Positions 17,592 through 26,631 of a stretch of 54,006 bases of DNA are shown in pieces. Location of the stretch: positions 3,263-57,268 of the forward strand of contig CAZGEB010000003.1 in NCBI GenBank assembly GCA_964524915.1, given 5' to 3'. Source of the stretch: an uncultured Candidatus Saccharibacteria bacterium (GTDB taxonomy: Bacteria; Patescibacteriota; Doudnabacteria; UBA920). Each line of letters opens with the position of its first letter. Positions within the stretch are counted from its first letter, which is position 1. Both the position numbers and the translations under genes were made by a program. The notes under the pieces are model-generated. The model did not search any database, was not told the DNA's origin, and saw only the letters and a list, made by a program, of their open reading frames with translations.

Positions 17592-18093
17592 TTAGTCTCT
17601 GCTGGGTATCAACTTGCTTAAAAAAGTAACCGGCTACAGGAAAAATTATACCAGCCCAAATCACACCCACCAAAATTTCTTTACCAAGACTCACCCACCA
17701 AGCAAAAGACAAAAATAAACCCCAGGATGCGGATACCCCACCAGCAGAAAAGCTTACCCACAAAATATTCCATAGATTGAAAACTAATACGGCCACGATC
17801 ACAGAAAAACATAGTTTCAGCAGCCTCACATCAGACCAAAAATTATCCAAGGCTAAACTGCCCACCAAAAAAGCTAGCAAGTACCCGATGGTAAACAGTC
17901 CCAAAAAATCACCTGATAAGTCCTGAAAAATTCCAGAGGCCAAAACCAGCACCCACAAAAAACTTTTTTTGGCGCCGAGCAAGAGACAGACCAAAGATAA
18001 AATTACACCAAAATATATACCGCCAAAATGTGCGGAAAGAAAAAAACTTTCCAAGACCAAGACCAAGAATATTATTAAAATATTTTTCCACAT
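17584..18093 (-). CDS. mreD: Rod shape-determining protein MreD
   Basis: 169-aa polytopic membrane protein between mreC and mrdA. The call rests on synteny. Confidence 0.6.
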   Translation of the reverse strand: MWKNILIIFLVLVLESFFLSAHFGGIYFGVILSLVCLLLGAKKSFLWVLVLASGIFQDLSGDFLGLFTIGYLLAFLVGSLALDNFWSDVRLLKLCFSVIVAVLVFNLWNILWVSFSAGGVSASWGLFLSFAWWVSLGKEILVGVIWAGIIFPVAGYFFKQVDTQQRLRL

Positions 18094-18119
18094 ACATTTT
18101 GTTTGGTTTTTTAAATGCT

Positions 18120-18914
18120 TTACGGTCGCACAATCACAGCATAGTCGCCCATCTGAAAATCCACCAGGGAATCCACCACAAATTGCCTTTGTGGATCGTT
18201 TGGAGCAGAAATCTGCTCACCCACTCTTCCAACCACTAAACCAGAAACCAATTGCCCGTTTACTCCCGAGCTAGTCACCAAATCACCGATTGCCACAGAA
18301 CCGCCTTCTGGTACAAGATCCAAAACCAAACCATTACCAAAAGAACTACGCACCACCCCCACAGTTGCATTTTTGCCCTCGCCCACTACTACATCAATAG
18401 TATTCTGCAAACTATTCAAAAGCTTTACAGTACTCACCCCACCCACAACTGAGGAAACAGTGCCAATCAAAACCCCACCCCTCACCACACCCAAACCTTC
18501 AGACACTCCTGAACTAGTCCCACAATCAAGAGTTACAGTCCTGACAAATTTATTTTCTCCCAAAGCCAAAACCGAACAAGGTAAAAATTTTAATTGCGTT
18601 TTTTTCTGTAGTCCCAAATCTCTTCGCAAAGAAGCATTTTCTACTTCTAAGCTTTGTAAGTCGTTATTTTTTTGTACTAATTCAATCACCTGTCTACGAG
18701 AACTTTCCAATTCCGCAGAAAGTTTTCTGACTTTAAAAATATTAGCAAATGGAGAAATAACAGATTCAGTCAAGTGACCCAGGCGAGCAATTGGGCTATT
18801 AATTTTTACCACAAAAGATCTGGTATATCTATAAAATGGCGAGCCCTGCCAAAATATACCAGAAGCGAACAATAAAATAATCGCAATGAAAATTGATATT
18901 TTCCACCTATACAT
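18120..18914 (-). CDS. mreC: Rod shape-determining protein MreC
   Basis: N-terminal TM, a coiled coil (ELESSRRQVIELVQKNNDLQSLE), then Gly-rich beta domains (GDLVTSSG). Confidence 0.8.
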   Translation of the reverse strand: MYRWKISIFIAIILLFASGIFWQGSPFYRYTRSFVVKINSPIARLGHLTESVISPFANIFKVRKLSAELESSRRQVIELVQKNNDLQSLEVENASLRRDLGLQKKTQLKFLPCSVLALGENKFVRTVTLDCGTSSGVSEGLGVVRGGVLIGTVSSVVGGVSTVKLLNSLQNTIDVVVGEGKNATVGVVRSSFGNGLVLDLVPEGGSVAIGDLVTSSGVNGQLVSGLVVGRVGEQISAPNDPQRQFVVDSLVDFQMGDYAVIVRP

Positions 18915-19026
18915 AAACTCATCTCACAAAAAAATAAATTGCCTCTAGATAATCCCACGAGGTGTCAAGCAGAATTAACTACTGACACCGCCGCCGCGCT
19001 AAATATTTTACCCTAAAAAATAAAAT

Positions 19027-20079
19027 CTACTGTGCGCGAATAGGAGTATCCACACTCACCAACATCTCTCGCAAATTCTCCAAATCTTCTGCTACAGCTC
19101 CCGCACCACGTGCCACACAAGTCAAAGGATCATCTGCAATACTCACAGGCATATTGGTTGTATCCGACAAAAGTTTATCCAAACCACGCAGCATGGCTCC
19201 GCCGCCAGTCAAAAGAATACCTCTTTTCCACAAATCACTAATCACCTCTGGCGGAACAACTTCCACAATAGCCTTCACAGCTAAAGCAATATTTTTGACC
19301 ACAGGCGACATCGCCTCTCTTATATGTTGATCGGTCAAAATAATTTCTTTGGGTAATCCAGTTGCCGTATCTCTACCCCTAGCAGAAGCACTCATAGGCT
19401 CTGCCATTTCCAAGGCTGACCCTATAGAAATCTTCAGATTTTCAGCTGTTCTTTCCCCGATCAAAAGCCCAGCAACTTCTCTCACATAATCAATAATCGC
19501 GCTATTGAGCTTGTCTCCAGCCACCCGTAAACTATGGGCTGCTACAATGCCCCCCAAACTGATTACAGCAATCTCTGTAGTACCTCCCCCGATATCTACC
19601 ACCATACTGCCAGTAGCGTCCTGAACGGGCAACCTTGCCCCTATAGCGGCCGCTATGGGCTCTTCTATGAGGTACGCCTCGCTGGCCCCAGCCGACTTAG
19701 CAGCATCGTGAACAGCTCTTTTTTCCACCTCTGTGGCACCCGCAGGGATGCCAATCACCACGCGGCTACGACGCAAAATTCCAGGGCTTCCTGCGTGAAC
19801 TTTATCCAAGAAATACCTCAGCATTGCCTCAGTCACTTCAAAATCCGAGACTACCCCATCTACAAGTGGTCTTGCGGCTGTAATATGCCCAGGGGTTCTT
19901 CCCACCATTGCCTGCGCATCACTTCCTATGGCAAGGATTTGCTTGGTGCGATTATTAATCGCCACCACAGATGGTTCATTAATAACAATACCCTTGGTTT
20001 TTACATAAACCAGAGTGTTTGCTGTCCCCAAATCTATCCCAATATCTTTGGTAAAATTTTTTGTAAAAAAGTTATTCAT
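19027..20079 (-). CDS. mreB: Actin-like rod shape-determining protein MreB
   Basis: IGIDLGTANTLVYV, VVDIGGGTTEIAVISLGG and ILLTGGGAMLRGLD. Confidence 0.95.
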   Translation of the reverse strand: MNNFFTKNFTKDIGIDLGTANTLVYVKTKGIVINEPSVVAINNRTKQILAIGSDAQAMVGRTPGHITAARPLVDGVVSDFEVTEAMLRYFLDKVHAGSPGILRRSRVVIGIPAGATEVEKRAVHDAAKSAGASEAYLIEEPIAAAIGARLPVQDATGSMVVDIGGGTTEIAVISLGGIVAAHSLRVAGDKLNSAIIDYVREVAGLLIGERTAENLKISIGSALEMAEPMSASARGRDTATGLPKEIILTDQHIREAMSPVVKNIALAVKAIVEVVPPEVISDLWKRGILLTGGGAMLRGLDKLLSDTTNMPVSIADDPLTCVARGAGAVAEDLENLREMLVSVDTPIRAQ

Positions 20080-20096
20080 CTAGGATATAGGCTTTC

Positions 20097-20471
20097 TCAC
20101 CTGTTATGAAATAGATTAATTGCACGGCGCATGTCTTTTTGGTTATCTTTTAAGGACATTATCTGGCCGATTAACCATTCCATATGATCAGGCTGAGCAA
20201 ATTCGGTATACATATTTTCAATAATTTCCTCATCATCCACAAACTCTCTTGCCACAATTTTAAATTTGCTACGTAAAAAATATCCGACAGAGTTTGGTGA
20301 ATCAACGTCTTGTTTGTTTACAACTAGATTAATTAATCTTTCCTCCGTCTGGTAAAATGGCCTACTTGCAATATTTGATTCAGCTGCACTACCCGCTGCC
20401 AACTGCTTGACCAAAAGACGCACACCATTTAAACCATCAGACTCGCCAAGAATGTCTTTTTGTTTGACCAT
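20097..20471 (-). CDS. Hypothetical protein
   Basis: 124-aa ORF with an ATG start, between proS and mreB on the same strand. Confidence 0.5.
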   Translation of the reverse strand: MVKQKDILGESDGLNGVRLLVKQLAAGSAAESNIASRPFYQTEERLINLVVNKQDVDSPNSVGYFLRSKFKIVAREFVDDEEIIENMYTEFAQPDHMEWLIGQIMSLKDNQKDMRRAINLFHNR

Positions 20472-20503
20472 ATATTATCTTATAAGCAAGGAGTTATTAT
20501 CAG

Positions 20504-21754
20504 CTAAGATAGATAATCCACTAGATTTTCTATTGCCGTATTAGTAAAAAAGTTTTCTTGTCTCTTCTTCACTTCCACGCTTCCTTGCTCCAAAGTTTTT
20601 GTGGAAACCACTACGCGGTAAGGGATGCCGATGAGATCTGAATCCGCAAATTTTTCGCCAGCACTTACACCCTCCCTATCATCGTACAAGACTTCCACCC
20701 CGGCGTCCAGAAGCTCTTGATAAAGCTTATTTGTATGGGAAAAAACATTGTCTGCATCTTTCCCAGGTAGCGCTATTAAATGAACTTTAAAAGGCGCGAC
20801 CGCTTCTGGCCAAACAATCCCCTTTTCATCATTACTCTTTTCGGCAATTACACCCAAGAGTCTACTAATGCCAATTCCATAGCAGCCCATGACTGGATAT
20901 TGCAATTGTCCTGCTTCGTCCGTATACCCAAGCCCAAAATCCTTACCGTATTTTTGCCCCAAATCAAAAACATTACCAACTTCAGAAGCACGACCTATAT
21001 TTAAAACACCACCACACTCTTTAGGGCAAGTATCCCCCTCCTTTTGTTTACTAATTTCAGTATTAATACAGTAATCACATTTTTCACAATACAGAATATC
21101 ATCCTCACCAGCATCAGTTAGCACCATAAACTCGTAAGAAATCTTCTGAGTAAAATTACCGCCAGATGCCTCTGTCACTTTAGCCACCAGCCCAAGTCTT
21201 TTATAAATTTTCAAATACGCTTTCTTGACCTCTCCGTAAAATCGGTCAAAATCCTCCTGGCTAGAATGAAAACTATACATGTCTTTCATCAAAAATTCAC
21301 GGCCGCGAAGTAATCCGGATTTTGCACGCAGTTCATCTCGAAATTTCCACCCCACTTGATAAACAGCTACAGGCAAATCTTTGTACGACTGCACTCTTCC
21401 CAAAACTAAAGGCGTTACAACCTCTTCCTCGCTTTGTCCTAGCGCATAATCTTTTTCAGTACGACTCTTGATTTTGAATAAAACATCTATATTGTCCCAA
21501 CCCCCGGTAGTCTGCCATATTTCTTTTGGGTGCAAAGCTGGCATCAAAATTTCTTGTCCACCTACAGCATTCATTTCTTCCCGCACAATATTAGAAATCT
21601 TATTGAGCGACCTAAGTCCCAAAGGTAGGTAAGTATAAACACCTGCCATAAGTTTACTCACAAACCCAGCTTGTTCCAAAAGCCGACCATTTACAGTAGG
21701 CTCATCTTGTGAGACTGTCTTGCTAGTTTTTAAAAAATATTTTGATTGTCGCAT
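20504..21754 (-). CDS. proS: Prolyl-tRNA synthetase, compact form lacking the INS editing domain
   Basis: MAGVYTYLPLGLRSLNKI, motif 2 FRDELRAKSGLLRGREFLMKDMYSF, motif 3 MGCYGIGISRLLGVI and a C-terminal anticodon-binding domain. It is only 416 aa, with a CxxC..CxxxC segment where INS normally sits. Confidence 0.9.
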   Translation of the reverse strand: MRQSKYFLKTSKTVSQDEPTVNGRLLEQAGFVSKLMAGVYTYLPLGLRSLNKISNIVREEMNAVGGQEILMPALHPKEIWQTTGGWDNIDVLFKIKSRTEKDYALGQSEEEVVTPLVLGRVQSYKDLPVAVYQVGWKFRDELRAKSGLLRGREFLMKDMYSFHSSQEDFDRFYGEVKKAYLKIYKRLGLVAKVTEASGGNFTQKISYEFMVLTDAGEDDILYCEKCDYCINTEISKQKEGDTCPKECGGVLNIGRASEVGNVFDLGQKYGKDFGLGYTDEAGQLQYPVMGCYGIGISRLLGVIAEKSNDEKGIVWPEAVAPFKVHLIALPGKDADNVFSHTNKLYQELLDAGVEVLYDDREGVSAGEKFADSDLIGIPYRVVVSTKTLEQGSVEVKKRQENFFTNTAIENLVDYLS

Positions 21755-21766
21755 AAAGATAGGCTT

Positions 21767-21798
21767 CTGTCATCCCGTGCCACGACACGGGATCTTTA
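21767..21798. mobile_element. Family-A hairpin element, intergenic (proS start / GIY-YIG stop)
   Basis: CTGTCATCCCGTG-CCACGA-CACGGGATCTTTA. Confidence 0.8.
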
Positions 21799-21804
21799 AT
21801 TTAT

Positions 21805-22101
21805 TTACTGAATTATTTCACTATATAAATCTTTCCATTGAGAGTTAGACTTGTTAATCAGTTCCAATTTCCATTGCCTTTTCCACTCCTTGACTTGCTT
21901 TTCTTTTTTAATAGCTGTTTCTATTGAGTTTGTGGACTCAAACCAAACTAACAGGTGAACAAAATATTTTTCTGTAAATCCTTTTATCAGATTATGCTTA
22001 TGTTCATAAACCCTTCTGATCAGATCATTAGTCACGCCGACATGCAGAACTCCATAGGGTTTACTTGCCATGATATAGACATAATAGACATTGCTCTGCA
22101 T
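21805..22101 (-). CDS. Stand-alone GIY-YIG nuclease-domain protein (COG2827/YhbQ-like)
   Basis: YYVYIMASKPYGVLHVGVTNDLIRRVYEHK..FTEKY..LVWFE..AIKKEKQVKEWKRQWK. It is flanked on both sides by family-A hairpins. Confidence 0.85.
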   Translation of the reverse strand: MQSNVYYVYIMASKPYGVLHVGVTNDLIRRVYEHKHNLIKGFTEKYFVHLLVWFESTNSIETAIKKEKQVKEWKRQWKLELINKSNSQWKDLYSEIIQ

Positions 22102-22110
22102 TTGAGTAAA

Positions 22111-22173
22111 GATTCCGGCTCTGTCCCACTACGCTAAAGCTTCGCGGGATCTACGAGAGGCCGGAATGACAGA
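22111..22173. mobile_element. Family-A hairpin module in inverted orientation, just upstream of the GIY-YIG start
   Basis: GATTCCGGCTCTGTCCCACTACGCTAAAGCTTCGCGGGATCTACGAGAGGCCGGAATGACAGA. Stem ATTCCGGC(C)TCT / AGAGGCCGGAAT. Confidence 0.75.
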
Positions 22174-22201
22174 CATTATTTTTTAATTATTGTCATTTTT
22201 G

Positions 22202-23329
22202 TCAATTGAAGATGTTCTTCACAAATTCAAAACTTCTTATGTCGTTTATCGTCACTACACCCACCAGCAAAATCAAAAGCAAAAATCCAATTGCGTTTGC
22301 CCACTGCTCTACGGCTTGATTATTACGCTTGCCACGGATCCCCTCCACTATCAAGAAAAAGATTCTACCACCGTCCAAAGCTGGAAAAGGCAAAACATTT
22401 AGCACCGCTAAATTCAAAGACAGAAAGGCTGCAAACTGCAAAAGATAACCAAAGCCCAAATCTGCAGCTTGTCCAGTGATCTGGGCAATTTTAGCAGGCC
22501 CCGCCACATCTTTGAGTGCCACTCCACCACCGAAAAGTTGTCCCAAGCCTTTTATGATAGCCAGTAGCTGCTCGCCAGTAATCCTTGCCGCCACAATAGG
22601 CGCTTTATACCAAGGATAGCTCAAAGTACCCACCTGAGCCAACTCTACGCCGAGAGCACCACGCCCTTCTTTGGGAGATGGATCTGGCGTAACCTTCAGC
22701 ACTTTGAAATCCCCACCCCGCTTGATCGTAATTTCTATTTCTTTACCCAAACTTTCGGAAACTTTTTGCTGCACCTCAGAGGGAGCAGCCACGCTTTCAC
22801 CATTAACTGCAAAAATCACATCGCCACTCAAAAATCCAGCGGAGGACGCAGGACTACCATCCACAACAGAAGCTAGCGTAACCGCAACATCTTTTAAAGT
22901 TGCTCCACTGGGTAGTTTTGAACCCGCTTCCGCGGGAAGACCTAAGGTCAGGCCCACAGTAAACAAAACAAAAGCAGCGATCACATTCATTCCCACGCCC
23001 GCAAACAAAGTGGCAAACTTTTTTATCCAAGTGCTATTTGAAAAACTTTTGGGGTCAGTATTTCCACCATCCTCACCCCGAATTCTCACAAAAGCTCCAA
23101 ATGGAATCCAGTTGAGAGAATAGACAGTTTTGTCAGGATCTGTCTTTCCCATGCCAACTATTTTCCAGCCGCTCTCTAACTTCTGCACGCCAAAAATGCG
23201 CGGAGGAAAACCAAAGCCGAATTCTTCCGGCATCATCCCGCTCCACTTGGCAAGCAAAAAATGCCCCAGCTCATGTACAAACACAAGCACTCCTAAAACA
23301 ATTATAAAAATTAAAATAGTGGTTATCAT
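22202..23329 (-). CDS. rseP: Site-2 protease RseP (M50 zinc metalloprotease with PDZ)
   Basis: HELGHFLLAK (HExxH), a PDZ segment GSPASSAGFLSGDVIFAVNG, and NVLPFPALDGG. Confidence 0.85.
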   Translation of the reverse strand: MITTILIFIIVLGVLVFVHELGHFLLAKWSGMMPEEFGFGFPPRIFGVQKLESGWKIVGMGKTDPDKTVYSLNWIPFGAFVRIRGEDGGNTDPKSFSNSTWIKKFATLFAGVGMNVIAAFVLFTVGLTLGLPAEAGSKLPSGATLKDVAVTLASVVDGSPASSAGFLSGDVIFAVNGESVAAPSEVQQKVSESLGKEIEITIKRGGDFKVLKVTPDPSPKEGRGALGVELAQVGTLSYPWYKAPIVAARITGEQLLAIIKGLGQLFGGGVALKDVAGPAKIAQITGQAADLGFGYLLQFAAFLSLNLAVLNVLPFPALDGGRIFFLIVEGIRGKRNNQAVEQWANAIGFLLLILLVGVVTINDIRSFEFVKNIFN

Positions 23330-23331
23330 AA

Positions 23332-23430
23332 AAGTTGTAAGTTGTAAGCCTGCTCCACCGAGGCGGAGCAGATAAGTTGTAAGTAATAAAAAGTATTTAA
23401 CTTACTACTTACTAACTTAATACTTACAAC
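23332..23430. repeat. Composite of AAGTTGT heptamers, a hairpin and inverted heptamers, 2 nt upstream of the rseP start
   Basis: AAGTTGT AAGTTGT AAG, then hairpin CTGCTCC-ACCGAGGC-GGAGCAG, then AAGTTGT AAGTAAT, then inverted ACTTACT ACTTACT AACTTAA TACTTAC. Confidence 0.75.
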
Positions 23431-23433
23431 TAT

Positions 23434-23988
23434 CTACACTGTCATTACTTCCTTTTCTTTATCTTCTGCGATTTGTTTAATTTCGCCATTACACTTATCT
23501 ACCAAATCCTGCAAATGTTTTTGAAACTTTGCCAAATCATCTTCAGACATTTCTTTATCTGCTTCCATTTTTTTGGCCTGTTTCAAAACTTCTTCTCGCC
23601 CACCACGCACAGCTATACGAGCTTTTTCAGCCATCTGTCCCACCAATTTCACCAGTTCTTTTCTTCGCTCTTCTGTCATCTGCGGCATGTTGATGCGGAT
23701 GACATTACCGTCATTGTTTGGAGTAAGTCCCAAATTTGCAGCCAGAATTCCTTTTTCTACTTCACCGAGCTGAGACTTGTCCCAAGGAGTGACCGCCAAA
23801 GTTTTGGCATCTGGCACGCTAATATTTGCCACTTGATTGAGTGGCACTGTAGCCCCATAGCTATTTACTGTCACTGTAGCGAGCAAACCAGCGGATGCCC
23901 TGCCAGTCCTCAAAGTAGATAATTCGTGATGAAAAAATTCTATTGCTTTACCAAAATGTTCTTTTGCTTGGTTTAATAAATTATCCAT
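23434..23988 (-). CDS. frr: Ribosome recycling factor
   Basis: LSTLRTGRASAGLL and LGLTPNNDGNVIRINMPQMTEERRKELVK. Length 184 aa. Confidence 0.95.
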   Translation of the reverse strand: MDNLLNQAKEHFGKAIEFFHHELSTLRTGRASAGLLATVTVNSYGATVPLNQVANISVPDAKTLAVTPWDKSQLGEVEKGILAANLGLTPNNDGNVIRINMPQMTEERRKELVKLVGQMAEKARIAVRGGREEVLKQAKKMEADKEMSEDDLAKFQKHLQDLVDKCNGEIKQIAEDKEKEVMTV

Positions 23989-24033
23989 AATAATAAAATT
24001 TTTAATTAAATCTATTGTTTCTCTATAACCTAT

Positions 24034-24067
24034 AAGGTATAAGGTATAAGGTAATATTCTACCTTAT
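24034..24067. repeat. Heptamer array (AAGGTAT)x3 plus one inverted copy
   Basis: AAGGTAT AAGGTAT AAGGTAA TATTCT ACCTTAT. It lies between the frr start and the stop of the BNR lipoprotein gene. Confidence 0.8.
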
Positions 24068-25174
24068 CCTCTCCGCGCCCACATACAAGGTTTTTGGTTG
24101 ATCCCTATCAAGTAAAATATAGCGGATTCTACCCCCCTGCGCAACTGCATGCACTTCCCAAGATTGACCACCATTACTAGTAAAATAAACATTTCCTTCC
24201 ACAGCCGCCACCACCCTACCAGAAGAAAATCCAGAAGCAATAGCTCGCACCGCACTTTGATTACTGATATCTTTCACCGGCAAAGCCAAAAAATTCCAAT
24301 TTCCGCCCGAATTCTGTGTACTAAAAACTCCTACGTTGGTTGCCAGATAAATCACATTTCCAGAGTTTGGAGAAAAAGCAATTTGCCAAAATTCATCGGG
24401 CTTTGGCACTACATTGGCGGATTGAATCCTGGGGCCAGAAGAATCTGGTAAATTTGGAGAAGTTTTAATACTCGCCGTCAAGTCAACCAAATCCCCGCCA
24501 CCACCTTTTGCCACAAAAAGACCATCTTGTGATTGTAAAATATACAGATCGTTTCCTTGCCAATAAACTTGCGCTACATTTCGATCCAAATTATAAGCCA
24601 GTGTCCAGGATAGACCTTTGTCTTTGCTGATGAGCACACTACCAGTAGAAAGCCCAGCGGCTATCCAGGTGGCATTTGAGTGCACAGACAAAGTTTGTAC
24701 TATGCCTTGCTGACTATCCGCATAAACCACACCCCAAGTCTTCCCTCCATCTTGTGTGGTCAAAATTCTACCCGAAGCACCACTAGCACCTCCCACAAAA
24801 ATCTTTTGACTGTCAACTGGATCCGCTACCACCACACTCGCGTTTACACTAGGCAATAAAACTTTCCAAGACTCTCCCTCGTTTTCACTCACGTACACTC
24901 CTTTTTTTGCTGCGGCTGCATAGAGTCTTTTGGGGCCCGCCAAAGACCAAGCCAAGTTTCGTACATCAGCCTCCACCAAATCAGTCCCGACCTCGGTCGT
25001 AATCTTGCCATTTTTACCCACTGTTTCCACCGTAGTTTTGTTTATCGCCACCCAGTCCGCCCCAGAATTTGTGGTTTTGAAAATACCACCAGCCCCACCT
25101 GAGCTAAAAGGGGTTGAGCACGATACTGCCAAAAATGGCAGGAAACCCAAAAATAATAAATTACGAAATTTCAT
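24059..25174 (-). CDS. BNR/Asp-box repeat beta-propeller lipoprotein
   Basis: Lipobox LAVSCS and six Asp-box-like repeats (TNSGADW, SENEGESW, TQDGGKTW, SKDKGLSW, TQNSGGNW, TSNGGQSW). Confidence 0.7.
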   Translation of the reverse strand: MKFRNLLFLGFLPFLAVSCSTPFSSGGAGGIFKTTNSGADWVAINKTTVETVGKNGKITTEVGTDLVEADVRNLAWSLAGPKRLYAAAAKKGVYVSENEGESWKVLLPSVNASVVVADPVDSQKIFVGGASGASGRILTTQDGGKTWGVVYADSQQGIVQTLSVHSNATWIAAGLSTGSVLISKDKGLSWTLAYNLDRNVAQVYWQGNDLYILQSQDGLFVAKGGGGDLVDLTASIKTSPNLPDSSGPRIQSANVVPKPDEFWQIAFSPNSGNVIYLATNVGVFSTQNSGGNWNFLALPVKDISNQSAVRAIASGFSSGRVVAAVEGNVYFTSNGGQSWEVHAVAQGGRIRYILLDRDQPKTLYVGAERIR

Positions 25175-25177
25175 AAA

Positions 25178-25975
25178 TTACCAATTTATAACTACTTCTT
25201 CTAAAATAAATTTTTTATTAAAATTTGACCGAAGTCCACCATAAGCCTTCAGCAGCACCGCCAATCTACGCACCACATTTTTCTCTTGGCCTAAAAATTC
25301 AGACCTGCATTTCCACATCATCAACAAAATTTCAGAAAGCAAATCCCCAGAATCTTTTTCAGATGACTGGGTGGCCATGGCGAGCGCCTCGGTTTTAGAT
25401 ATACCAGATATTTTGAAAAAAAAGTTTTGACTCAAATCGTGACCTTGCGAGGCTTCAGTCAGAAATACAGCGGGGTTGCCAGATACAAAAGAAGCAAACT
25501 TTTCTGGGGTTTTTATTCCAGCACTGTCCGCAACTTCCCTCATCTGCTCCAAAGATAATTTTCCAAACCGCAAAGAAACACACCTAGAAACTATTGTATC
25601 AGGCAAAGAACCAGCGTGATCCGCTAATACAAAGACTACACCTTCTTTTGCTTCCTCCAAAGTCTTCAAAAGCGCGCTTACTGCAGTCAAAGAAAGCGAA
25701 GAAGCGTTGTCTATCAAAAAAAACTGCGTGGAAGAAAATTTGAAATTTGCAAAAGCCAAAAATTCTCTAAAACTATCTGTATCTCCCTCGTCCGCATCAA
25801 ATATCCTGTAAGGTTCGCTGCTGGCAAAGCCGGTAAATTCCTTGGCGAGAGACATCTTACCCAAACCTCGACTCCCCACAAAACGATAGGCATTCAAAAA
25901 CTTTTTGGATTGCAAATGCGACTCCAAAACTTTTTTGACTAGGCTATGCCCAACAATTTTCCATTTAATAACCAT
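25178..25975 (-). CDS. holB: DNA polymerase III delta-prime-like clamp-loader subunit
   Basis: YRFVGSRGLGKMSLAKEF and IDNASSLSLTAVSALLKTLEE. The track start at 26005 is TTG and overlaps the upstream gene, so ATG 25975 (MVIKWKIVGH) is used. Confidence 0.6.
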   Translation of the reverse strand: MVIKWKIVGHSLVKKVLESHLQSKKFLNAYRFVGSRGLGKMSLAKEFTGFASSEPYRIFDADEGDTDSFREFLAFANFKFSSTQFFLIDNASSLSLTAVSALLKTLEEAKEGVVFVLADHAGSLPDTIVSRCVSLRFGKLSLEQMREVADSAGIKTPEKFASFVSGNPAVFLTEASQGHDLSQNFFFKISGISKTEALAMATQSSEKDSGDLLSEILLMMWKCRSEFLGQEKNVVRRLAVLLKAYGGLRSNFNKKFILEEVVINW

Positions 25976-25991
25976 TGAGAATAATAGTGGG

Positions 25992-26528
25992 CTATTTTTG
26001 AACAACTATAACTCCAGTAGCAGTAGGGTTTAAATGATCGTGAAATTTCCAAGTGCCCTCTTTGGTAAATTTAAACTCAAAGGTTTGCCCAGCGGCAACA
26101 GCCTTTTTCGCATCAAATTCTGGGTAATCTGTATGCGCAGGGTGAGGATTGGAAGCTGGCCAAAAAGCCTTGGTGGATTTATTTCTAAAAATTACAATGT
26201 CTCCGGCTTTCACGGTCAAGCTAGACGGCTGAAAATTCTTTCCGTCATAAATCACTTCTTCCACCTGAATATCTGGAGCAGTCACATCACCTTCTTCGCT
26301 AAATGTCCCACCATTTGCATTTACCTCTGGAGTTTTTGACAAGTCCTCAGCTGGAGTTGTCGAATCCTTTGCATCACTCGCTGTTTCCACTCCTTTTTCT
26401 TGCACCTGAGGCGCACCAGAAGTCTTTTCGTCTTGAGGAGCTGAGGCGTTTTTACCAGGCATTAAAACTATCACCAAAATCACAGCCAAAGCTGCCACAA
26501 TACCACCGACAGTAAGTTTTTTTAACAT
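25992..26528 (-). CDS. Membrane-anchored cupredoxin-like domain protein
   Basis: N-terminal TM, a low-complexity linker, then LTVKAGDIVIFRNKS..WPASNPHPAHTDYPEF..GTWKFHDHLNP..GVIVV. Confidence 0.5.
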   Translation of the reverse strand: MLKKLTVGGIVAALAVILVIVLMPGKNASAPQDEKTSGAPQVQEKGVETASDAKDSTTPAEDLSKTPEVNANGGTFSEEGDVTAPDIQVEEVIYDGKNFQPSSLTVKAGDIVIFRNKSTKAFWPASNPHPAHTDYPEFDAKKAVAAGQTFEFKFTKEGTWKFHDHLNPTATGVIVVQK

Positions 26529-26567
26529 ATGAAAATAAATTGATTTAATGTTAAAATGTATTTTTAG

Positions 26568-26619
<52 letters not shown>

Positions 26620-26631
26620 AGTAATTATACC

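Larger units (their letters stand above)
21767..22173 (-). mobile_element. Candidate autonomous family-A unit: terminal hairpins enclosing the GIY-YIG nuclease gene
   Basis: Outward-facing TCTGTCATyCCG at both ends, 407 bp apart. The layout matches the ORF-less composites at 4298-4440 and 5860-5993. Confidence 0.4.

Noticed and set aside
19534-20109. Plus-strand ORF of 191 aa
   Set aside because: It is antisense to the highly conserved mreB.
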